Source: Haliotis cracherodii (Eukaryota). Taken from it: a DNA stretch of 64,000 nucleotides. Positions within the stretch are counted from its first letter, which is position 1; each line of letters starts with the position of its first letter. The stretch spans positions 65,596,001 to 65,660,000 of the forward strand of contig NW_027266319.1 in assembly GCF_022045235.1 (NCBI RefSeq). Reading direction: 5' to 3'. Positions 11,391 through 22,452 of this stretch are shown one piece after another. The notes under the pieces were generated by a model. The model made no database searches. It saw only the letters and a program-made list of their open reading frames with translations, and was not told the DNA's origin. The translations under genes and the position numbers were made by a program.

Positions 11391-13193
11391 AGGGACACAA
11401 AAGGCTGTAACTAGGCTGTACAGGTTGATACATCGGTATTTTTCTTCCACCAATAGGAGACGGGTCCTTTTCAGGACACAGGAAACATGACATAATCTTC
11501 ACGTTTTCCGCATCTGTCAAAATCCCTCTCGGCACAACGTTTTTAACGTAATAGTCCTTCTCCATACTGATGAAGGGAATCCCGTAGACTGTTTCACCCA
11601 AGATCGATCTGAGGTTCTTGGGAGTGATCTCCCTTCCTTTTCGGCCACATTCGGCCTCAGCCCATACTGTGGCTGCTTTGAATGCGTTTTGGGGCTGGAC
11701 AGTGAGATCACCTGATTTCAGTACGTTATCAAAGCAATCATGACATAGATTTTTGAAACTTTCAGTTGCAAAACAAGTATCTCCATGTTGAAGAACAACT
11801 TTACAAGCCTTGTCGTAGAGATCCTCTTCATCAAACCTGTGCGCATGCTCGAGGATGAGACAGGCATTTTCAGGTGACAGACAGTTCTCTAGGTGGGTGA
11901 GGCACAGAGTCACAAGACCCCCAATGGCGTACTTCTTGGCCAGGTACAGCAACCCAGTCACGTTCCCAGGTGTGACAGTCGCGTCATCTGTGTACAAGTA
12001 CCTGTAGGAAACAAACAACACGTGTAGGTTATTCTTTTGACATTGATAGGACAAATGATGGAATTGCCAGAATATGTTGTTTGGAAAACATGTTACGTTT
12101 ATTCTAAATATAATATAATATACCATTGCTAAGGTGTTGCCAATATAATACACATTTGAGCAATTGCAGCCATCTAAATACTTTCCTAAACTTACATATG
12201 TTTTTGACGGCTGTCGCAGGTGTAAAAGTGTATCTTCAATATATGCAGCCTTGAAAGACAGGCTGTACGACAATCCCTCGCTTCAGTGGAAGAAACAATT
12301 GAAACAGAAGCCGGAAAATGTTGCATAGCCCATGAGAAAATCTGCATACAATCTCAGCCATCTCTAAGACATTCCAGATTTTTCTTCAGTTTTCGAAGTT
12401 TGTCAAAATAGTATCCTAAGCGAAGTCTGGAATGATAGTCGCCATTTTAAAACTTGTGCCGTAAGGCTTGAGAAAGCTACTTTCTGATTGGTTAACGCTA
12501 CCGTGACAGAACTCACAGACACGTATCCTGCCACGTGACCGTCACTATAAACGGCCTCGTTATCGATCGGTATCATATGAAGTATGCCTATTTTTATAAT
12601 ATTAACATTTCTTACCGATCTACAAATGAATATGGTAACCTGTTGTACCTGACACAAACATTTATATCCAACTTATGTTGTTGTTATTATCGACAAAATG
12701 GTTATTAACTTTTTAATTATGTAACTTATAAATTAGCCTTTAAGAAATTTACCCCCAACATCTAAAAACTAATCCTTAAAATTATTCATGCAGCAGAAAT
12801 AATCGCTAAAAGAATCTATTTGAAACATTTATCTCAAAACGCCTATTCAACAAATTCCGGTTCTGGTGTCAAGTAGCGGTAGTACCATGGATACTTAATA
12901 CGATATATTTAGGGTCCATATGGTAGTACTCACACCAACATATCCGAGAATATGTCTGCCTCGACGTCAGACATCTTGATGTCATCTTTCTCCGCCTGGG
13001 GGCCACACAGCATTGCATCAAAGACACAGCTTCGGCTTTTGAGCACATAGCGATGTGTCCGGATGGGCTTTTCACCTTTGCCAACCCGGAAGGTGACGTC
13101 AGAGTTGTGTTCTGAGGTCAGCATGTGGCGGTTACACTCAACCACGGACCTCCCGCTCTGCCAGTTATCCACGAATCCAGATCTTGCTGCCAT
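10951..13193 (-). CDS. BTB/POZ-BACK domain protein (BTBD3/6-like) with a repetitive Q/P/S/R-rich tail, ~436 aa, exons 13193-12934 and 12001-10951
   Basis: GT-AG intron joins in frame (DMLV|YLYTD); motifs SDVTFRVG, HRYVLKSRSCVFDAML, LYLAKKY, NACLILEHA, IPFISM. Confidence 0.85.
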
Positions 13194-13520
13194 GTCTGTC
13201 TGTCGGCTAAAATGAGAATAAAAGCCAATTTTAAGGAATTCTGCCTTCAAAAGTAAAGACACCACTGTTGATGTGAGTAAAGTTATCCAGAGAACTCTTT
13301 ATAAAAACATCGACATTACGTCTTCAATGGCTTACTACAGCCTGGCCATGCTTTTTAAAAAAAACCTTTTGATCAGCTTAGTTAAACTGGAATGGGTTAC
13401 TTATTAATTTTAAATTATTTCATAAATCCTGTAATAAGGTGTCATAATAATATAGTATTACTAAATTCTGTCTATGAGTTAGAACACGCAAACACATACT
13501 TCATTACTACCAAGTCTCGA

Positions 13521-13571
13521 ACTTGAAAAACCACCTTGACACTAACTTAGTGTCAAGGCGGTTTTTCAAGT
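13521..13571. repeat. Fold-back palindrome (25-bp arms, 1-nt loop, 1 mismatch) at the left junction of the large transposon
   Basis: acttgaaaaaccaccttgacactaa-c-ttagtgtcaaggcggtttttcaagt; only one arm at the empty site (~463-483). Confidence 0.95.
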
Positions 13572-15802
13572 CCGCACTCAGCAACCACCACTGATTTTTT
13601 GTTTGTATATTTACTTTTTTCTAACATTTTTTATATCATCTTTGATATGTCCTGAATGAATAACCACAATTGTTTTATGTGTATTTTGAGTTTGAATGCA
13701 TTTGGCCATGTTGTAAGATGAGATCTCAGAAGACCAAAAACGGACCCAATTTTCGATGTTGAACAAAAAGTATCCCAATGACACATGAAATATATTTTAC
13801 ACACAAGACACAAAATCCGTATATAATATTAATCCTTAGGCATTTATTTACAACATACAATGACAAAAATTGAGATGAGAAGAAAATTCAGTCTCAAGAC
13901 AGCTCTCAACAGGGGTACCCACAGCCGTTTGAAGGAAAGACAAGCCTGAAAGAGAGCAAAATGTAGAAATAAGAATTATTTTGAAATATTTTAGTATAAT
14001 ATTTCATAAATATCTCGAAATTCATATCCTAAAGCTATTATCATTTTTTAACATCAATGTATTTTAAGAAATAATAAATATAATAATATACTTACAACTG
14101 CGTCTTACCAAATGAAGCACTACTGGGTTGGACTGATCTGGGGAATATCCTCATATGCAAGAAAACTGAAAACAATACAAATAAACCTCAAATAAGCATT
14201 TGTAAATAGTTTAAAAAATACATAATACATATCATGATGATACATATTACTGCATCAAAATTGTTTTTAAAATAATGCTTTAGAATAATATTCATTGTGG
14301 CTTGAGGAAATTCATATGGTGCCCCTATTATTTATTAAACTGAAATAATTTGAAGAAACAAATAAACATAATACTTACATTAGTTACAAACACATCTGAC
14401 CACATAATGCACTACTCTCATGGACGTGTATGGGGGAGTATCCTCAGTCACACAAAAAGGGTCAAGTGTAACTGAAAACAATACAAATAAACAAACATTT
14501 TAATATGTAACCAAAATTAATTATATTTTTTACTAGGATGCATCAGAAATCTTAAATTGATACTTCAACAACATAACAAAGTTTTAACCTGCATTATTCA
14601 AACTTGAGAAATCTTTTGTCATTAGGAAGTTTCATACATATTTATCATCAGTTAATGCAACAAATATTCAGACCTACCAAAAACATTTTGGTGTGTTCAA
14701 TTATTATATATTATTCATGCTGTATATAACAAACAAAATCTTAGTCAATGTTAGTAGATTACATGCAAACTTATTAGTAAACAAACAATGTGAACAAATA
14801 TTTCTAAAAAGTTATTTTCATTAAATAAGAAATAAAATCAAACTTGTAAATTCAACACAAACTGATCAACAAATGAAAATAATACTGAATTCAAACATAA
14901 CAGGTTTGTAAATGAACTAAAATCTAACCAACAAATCAATTTCAACTGTATATAGGCAACTTAAATTACCTCTACCGCAACTATAGCAGCTGGAAACAAA
15001 AACTAAGTATCTAATGCCAGCTGTTCGACTCCCTTATTGTCCACTGTCCACACTTTGACTATGAGGTTTAACAACGATTTTCAAATCCCCCTTCTCAAAG
15101 TCCTCACACAGGTTGTAGGCATGTACTGCTTCATCATTTTCATACTGTACATTGAACCACTTGGGAAATCCAGGAACTACAGAAATCACAAATCCTTTGT
15201 AGACTCCATCATCAAATTTGTGTTCCACATGTTTTCCAACGAAGAGAGGAATTCCTTCCTGATGCTGCCCTGTTGTCACCATGGCCATGGTTTCTCTGAT
15301 CAAAGTCATCAGTTCTGTCTCAAATCCAGAATGGAATGTTTGACATACATTCCAGCTTGATTCTTTTTGGAAAAGGAGAACACCTTGGGGTCCTTGTATT
15401 TTTGTTTGAGGACTGTTTTTCGGAATTTCAGCTGGGATTCTATGGCTTTTCTCTGATCAATTGCCGAAAGTCTTGTCAAACCTTCATTAACTTGCTCCTC
15501 ACTCTGCCATAAACCATAATAGCAGACATCATTTGTCAAGTTTTCTGCGGCTTTCAAACGCTTCTTCTCCTTTTCTTCAAGATCCTTCTGTCTTTTCGTC
15601 TGCTGTGCAAGACGTCTCTCTTCAATTTCATCCAGACGGGTCTTGAAAGTTTTCCATATTTTAGCCCCACCCTTTCTGGAGTTCATGAGAAGCTTGTTTC
15701 GGGCACTGTCTTCAAGATTGTCAAGCCATTCACAAGTTATGTTGTGTGAATACATGAGAAAAGCTTCATTTGTAAGAAGCGAAGAATTTGGCCTGTATCT
15801 TA

Positions 15803-18800
15803 TAGTCTAGTAGCTAAAAGCAATTTTCAATGCTAACCTTGCATTTGAGGTCCCACAGTGTTTTATTGCTGATTTTATAAGCTAAAGATATGTAGATCAA
15901 GAAACAACTGGATGCCAACTTGGCACCCTTGAGGATTTTAATTAAAATGTGTTTTAAAATATACCCTTGGAATCTCAAGCGCCAGCAGAGGACCGTATGG
16001 AGGCAAAATAAGTTGTTCGGTAAGTAGCACAAAATGGAGTACTTCCTGTACAGACTGTTTACATTAGTTACTCATTTTCTACCTCATTTTCACAAATAAT
16101 ATGGCACAATGGTAAGTTATTTTTGTTGTCCAACTGATTTATGACATAGACATTGCAATTATGCAGAGTAAATGAATGAGAGATAAGTGGGAAAAATAAT
16201 TCAGATCAAAATGCAAACTAGTGAAGTGTCGTCTGCTAGGCTATGCATACCAATGCTATCAAAAGCTGCATTAAACTTTATTTGTTGTTGAAATATATAA
16301 CAACTATTTATATATGCATCAATATATTCATGTTTGCAAACTGTATGCACAATATCTCATGGAAATAATGTCTCCATTCACTTGAATTGATAGTTTGATG
16401 AAAACTGTATATACTACTTTCCAAACCACTTATCATACTGCCATAGGGTCTCTATTGACTATGCAAGTAAGGAAGAGATTTTATTTTATATTTGTCTCTA
16501 AAATGATTACTAAAATAAATTGAAAGGGTTTGATTTGTAGATACTATTTTCCTGAGAACTATTATGTTTGATATCAACCTACAAAGGAAAAAAAAAGACG
16601 TATTTGGCAATATAAGCCCTAAATGATTCAAATGAAATGTTACATAATTTTCATCAAATGCAATATTGATTATTGGTACAGGTACACTGGAAATATGTTA
16701 AATAATTGATGTATGTCTGTCAGTGGCTACAATTTCATAAATCAATTTCATATTTATTTGAATTTTAAACTTTTTGAAACATTATTGTTAATATTTTGCT
16801 ATTCAACTACCTTTCAATATATCATTAATATTTTTTTATATTTTAAGAGAAATAATGAATCCTTTCTTTCTTCAATTTCAGTCGGGGGTTGAATGTTTAT
16901 TCCAGCTGATTGGCTGTTGTAATAACCCAAATCAGAAGCTGACAGCTAATTCAACTAGTCAACGTATCATATCTATCATTGATGCTAGCAAGACCAGACA
17001 GGATGGCCTACATTTACTAATTGAAAAAAATAAATCTTCTTCTGATGTTAATGAATTATTTTACCACAAAAACTGTGTTTCTACTTACACATCAAAGACC
17101 CACCTTAAAAGACTTTCAAAATCTTGTTCAGATAAATGCCTGCCAGAACCATCCAAAAAGAGAAGGCGTCGTTCAGTTTCAAGCACTGACTTTAACTTTC
17201 TAAAACATTGCTTATTCTGTGGGAACCCATGTGAAATTGAAAAAGACTCTAGAAATCCTGGACGATGGAAGAGATCTCTTCTTTGCAGAACTGCAGATGA
17301 TGGCCAAAGATCATTCAAGAATATAATGACGGTGAGATCAAAAACAACATCAGTTTACACGCCTTTGATAGACATGAAACCGGCTGACCCTGACACCATT
17401 TTAACTGCTCTGAAGGAAGCTGACAGATTAACTAAACAAGTTGGACAAGATATTGTTGTTTTCACATGTGACCAACAACTGTACAGGGTGGCAGTTCACA
17501 TTTCATGGGCATACCCAGAAAGATTTCACAATTTCTTTCTGCGTCTTGGAGGAATGCATTTCCTTATGAACTTTATTGGATGTGTTGGCACACTGATGGC
17601 TGGAAGTAGATTGTCAGACATTCTTGAGAGCTCTTTCGGAAGTGTAGCAAACATGATGTCAGGAAAAAGATACCTTCAAAACTTACGAGCGTTAAGAATT
17701 CTTGTTGAAGAGCTGTTAAGGAATGTGATAACAGAAGTATCCAAGACAGAAGACTTATTGAACATCTTGGAAGGCAGAGCAAGACATGCCAGAACAACGC
17801 GACTGTGGTTGGATATGCTAATCAAACCAGTTTTGCTGATGCTACAGTTTGTCCGAGCTGAAAAAGAGGCTGATTGGCCACTCCATTTGCTTGCAGTGAA
17901 ACTGATGATGCCATATTTCTTTGCTGTTGGACATCAGAACTATGCTCGTTATGGCCTCTATTATCTTAGAACAGCAGAAGATCTAAATCCAGGACTACTT
18001 GAGAAGTTTCTCAAAGGGGAACACGTCACATGTCATACACCTGGTACTTGGAATGGAATATGGACAGACATGATGATTGAAACTACTTTCATGAAATATG
18101 GAAAGGTCCAGATGGCATCATTGGCATCACCTTAAAGCCAAACACTCTGAAGATATGGGCCTTGAGTCTTCATATTTGCAGTGTTTTGTCAAATGATGTC
18201 TATGACATGACAAACCAGGACAAATCAACAAATCAAGTTCATAAAGAAGAAATGAAAGGCCGAATTGCAGCAGATGCAAAAGATCGGGAAAACATTCGAC
18301 AGAAGCTGCAAGAGTCAAGTGATCCACTAGACGTGTCGCAACTCCTTACTGATAAACTTTGGCAGGTTGTGAGTGGCAGATTTGCAGACAGTACTGTGAA
18401 TGTTCATAAGGCATTGGCAGGGGTCAGAAAGAAATGGAGAAATTTGAAAGGTCATGGCCAGATGGATTTCATAGGCCCTTGTCAAAGAAGATAAAGACTA
18501 TGGCTGTCTTGAAGAATCAATGTTCAGATTGGATCTGCCACGTTATATGACACAAATCTGATCTACTCCAGAATCATTGGACTTCAGGCCTCAGGAAGAG
18601 TCATAAACATTTCTGAGGTCTTAAAGTTTGAGTTGGCACCAGTGCCTACTTCTATGTTTACAGATGCAGGTGTCATGAGAACAGCCACAAACAAAGCTAC
18701 TTTGAGGAATCAATTGCAGGTTGAATTGTCAGAAAGCCTCCCAAAAAGCGGACCAAAAAAGCATTATCATTGATGGTTCTGCAATGCTATGGGTGGTTCA

Positions 18801-20866
18801 CTGGCCGAAAGATGGAAAAGTAAAAGATTTCATTGACAATGTTGCTTCATATGTAATGAGGAAACTGAAAGACGCTGATGTGTACCTTGTATTTGACAGG
18901 TACTTTGGATACAGCATCAAAGGTGTCACAAGATCATCACGGGACAAAGAAGCCAACCGACAACACAAGATTTCTCTGTCCATGCCCCTCCCACCACAGA
19001 AGATTCTACTCACAGTTACTTCAAACAAAGTTCAACTGATAGATCTAGTAGTAGATTATCTGCAAGAGATGAGAGAATCGTTGAAAGTCTGCTCACACAA
19101 GCTAGTATTAACTGGAAGTTCCTCGGTACCTGTGGAGGTCAACAATGGTTTACTGATTCATCGACAAGATCTCAAGACAACCCATGAAGAGGCTGATGTT
19201 ATTATCATTCAGCAGGTGATATCTGTTGCAGAGTCAGTTGCTAATGCATCTATCACAGTGGTGTGTGACAACACTGATGTGTTTGTGCTGCTACTGCATT
19301 TCTACCTATACCAACAATTAACGTGTCAGCTATGCATGGAGTCAACATCATCTGTCAACAAGAAGTGCATTGACATCAAAGCCACAGTTGAGAAACACTC
19401 TGCTATTGTTCCCAAAATTCTTGCAGCTCATGCTCTCACAGGCTGTGACACAGTGGCTCAGTGCTGGGGTGTTGGAAAATCTACTGCTGTCAAATTGTTG
19501 AAAGGTAATTGTAATCTTCATCATGTTGGGGACCTGTCTGCGTCCTCTAAAGAAATAACAGAAGAATCCATGTTATTTCTGTCATCATGTTATGGTCACA
19601 CTGCATCTACAATGCATGAGGTACGTTTCAAAGTATGGAAATCAAAAGTTGGAAGAAGAAATGATCTCTCATCTATGAAGATCATGTCATTGCCACCTAC
19701 TCAGGAGGCATGTGAACAGAATGCATTGAGGGCTGATATGCAAACCTGCATCTGGAAACATGCTTTAGATAAAGACCCTCCGACTCTAGATCCTCTCAAG
19801 CATGGCTGGATGAAAGACACCCTCAACCAGATTTTGCTTCCAGTGCTGCTGCCACCAGGAACGCCATCAGCTCCTGACTACATTCTCAAACTGTTGAAAT
19901 GTAGCTGTGAAAACTGCGCCTCTGCAAAGTGTTGATGTGCTGTTGCTCGACTTCCATGTGCAATATTCTGTGAATGTGAAGGATGTGATGATTGTTATAA
20001 CCAGCACACCAGAACTACACAGTGTGTGTTAGATGAAAGTGACTGATGTGACTGATCTGATGTGTCAATAGACTCAAACAGACTTTGGCTATGACTCTCT
20101 CATGAATATTGTGACTTAAATTGATTCAAGAATGGGACCTGACTGATTATCCTTGATAAGGATTTGTATGATGCATGTTCTTCATCTGATAGTATTGTAA
20201 GTAACATACAATCAATAAATCAAACAATTCAGTCATGGGTTTATGTTATTTCCAACTCATGCATATAGTTATATATTCATTGAAACAATGAGTTAAAATA
20301 CTTTTATGGATATTGTCAAAGCACTCTTTTATCCATACTATTTATTAGTAAACATCTGAAAGGTCTCTAAAAAAGGTTTACTTATCCTATTTTCAAGATA
20401 TAAATCAAAGTAATTATAACTTAATTCATATTAGAAATTTCAAAATCAAATAATTTTTTTTAATCTACTGTAATACATTGATATTTCACAATTCATCAGT
20501 AACATGGTATGGATTACATTTCGTCTGGATAAAAGAGGTTTAGAAAATCATAAATCCCTATGTTTTAATACTTAAAAGAACTTCTACCACATGTCTGACC
20601 AAAACTTTTAACATATATGTTGTATATCAAGTGTATTTAACATCTATATACTCTGAAAAGTTCATTATGTGTTTCTTTCTGACTACAAAAATGATGCCGA
20701 ATATGAAAATTGGGCCAATTTTTTTAAATCTTTTTTTTCAAAACCCTCAAGGGTGCCAAAGTGGCATCCATTAGTTTATTCATATGTAGTGTCTGAACAA
20801 ATGAAATCATGCAAAAACAACTGTGGGACCTAAATTGCAAGGTCATGTCAACATTCTGCCGGACTA
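15803..20866 (+). mobile_element. Academ (AcademX-type) DNA transposon nested in the outer transposase
   Basis: TAGTC...GACTA termini with ~140-bp imperfect TIRs; 3-bp TSD TTA (15800-15802, 20867-20869); removing it restores the host frame DQLL-RYRPNSS. Confidence 0.85.
16882..20046 (+). pseudogene. Academ transposase + XPG/FEN1-like nuclease + Cys-rich zinc finger (disrupted)
   Basis: VFTCDQQLY, RLGGMH, YFFAVGHQNYARYG, WTDMMIE; nuclease motifs IIDG, LVFDRY, HEEAD, DNTDV, LTGCDT, GVGK; C-terminal CSC..C...C*C....PC..FCEC; frameshifts in ~18100-18750 and TGA at 19933. Confidence 0.8.
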
Positions 20867-21672
20867 TTAGAAGTTGGTCCAACTGACCAAATACAAACTC
20901 TGGCAGTTTGTTATGTTTCATGGCTGACTTTGTTTCCTCCACTACTTAAGCTGCAGGATTCCAGAATTTTCCTCCAGGCAGGTGATCTGTGACCATTCTA
21001 GAGATCAGTTGGTGGATCGTCTTGAACTGTGCCTGCAACACTGGGCATAGGATTGGGTCCACAGATGGGGATACCGTTGTGAGAAGGGGTAAAACCTTGT
21101 CATCCTCATCTAGTGGCGTGTCAAATGGTGTAGTTTTACCTCTCATGAACTCGGTCATGACTTCCACTTCAAGGAAACCTTTGTCCAAAAACTTCACAAG
21201 CGTTTCAAAATGCTTGTTCATCTCTAGGATGTGGCCTTTCATTTCCAGCAATTTCCACAAAGGACCGGAGACAAATTTGGAAATCAAACTAAGCGCTCTT
21301 GCTCCTGCAAGGTACAGCTTTTCTTTGATGTCATGTGAGACTGCTTTCAGTAGGCTGTTTGCTGTTAGGTGAACGGTGTCAAGAAATGTTGAAATGTCTT
21401 CATGATGGATATAGACTGCATGACCCAAGGAGAACACAAGGTTGAAGCGATTGTGCTAAAAGCGAACAAAACGATTGCGTTCCCCTGATTCACTCTTCAA
21501 GTATGTCTTCCATGCCATGCTGACACCATTTTTTTCATCTTCACCCACTGCAACGGCCTTGCAACAAGTTCTGATTACACGTAGTGTGCCACTCTCACTC
21601 TTATGGAATAACTTTAGTTCAGGAAACTTTGCAGATCCAATAGTCTTTCCTTGAAGGAATGAATGTTCAAAA

Positions 21673-22452
21673 GTCTTGAGCAAGTAACTGAACTATGCAA
21701 ACTGAAAGAAGAAGAGAAAGATCAACAGATCACAATTGATTATTTGCGATCCTTACTAGATGACAGCAGAGAGCTTGAACTATTTGACAAAGATTTCCGT
21801 TCTTACACACCGGTAACTGTACAGTGTGTGACAAACTTGACTAATTTGAAAGTGGCCACATAAAAGGTAGGCAGTGTTATTAGAGAGGTTGCATCTCTTT
21901 GTGGGAAGACAACAAATGCTTTACCTTCTGCCTCAACAGTCAACAGTATTGTCCATGCAAAATGTGCAGTTGCACAAAAATGCAGTTACACGATGTCCTG
22001 AAGATTAAGAAGGATACAACTCTGTACACAGATGAGACCAGAAAATATGGAAAGACAGTGGAGACATATGTTGTCACTGATGAATCCCAGACATCATATA
22101 TTTTGGGTCTCCGAGAAATGGCCAACAAAAGTAGTCAGACTACAATTGACACCTTTAGGAAGATTCTTGAAGACATCAACGGCCACTGCCATAACGAGGA
22201 GAAGGAAGGAGAAATGCATGAATATCGAATTCTAGCAAATATTCGAGACACAATGTCCGATAGAGCCTCAGCAGAGAAGACATTCAACAGGCTTCTAGAA
22301 CAATTCAGAGCAACTATTTTGCCGCAAGTTGTTGATGGGTGGGCAGACATGGATGAGAAAGAGAAGTCCATGTGTACAAAAATGAACACCTTTTTTTGTG
22401 GACTCCACCTACTTTGTGGAATGGCTGATTCTTGTGAACAAACTTTGAAGAC
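21673..22452 (+). other. Internal inversion within the outer transposase
   Basis: This segment codes on + while its flanks code on -; the + segment ends CEQTLKT and the minus strand resumes KTFEHS in frame; AAGAC/GTCTT inverted microhomology. Confidence 0.85.

Noticed and set aside
12002-12273. N-terminal part of ORF 10951-12273
   Set aside because: Intron sequence upstream of the AG acceptor at 12002-12003; the true N-terminus is exon 13193-12934
18721-19935. Host XPG/FEN1 repair gene
   Set aside because: Lies inside Academ TIRs directly after transposase fragments and is disrupted
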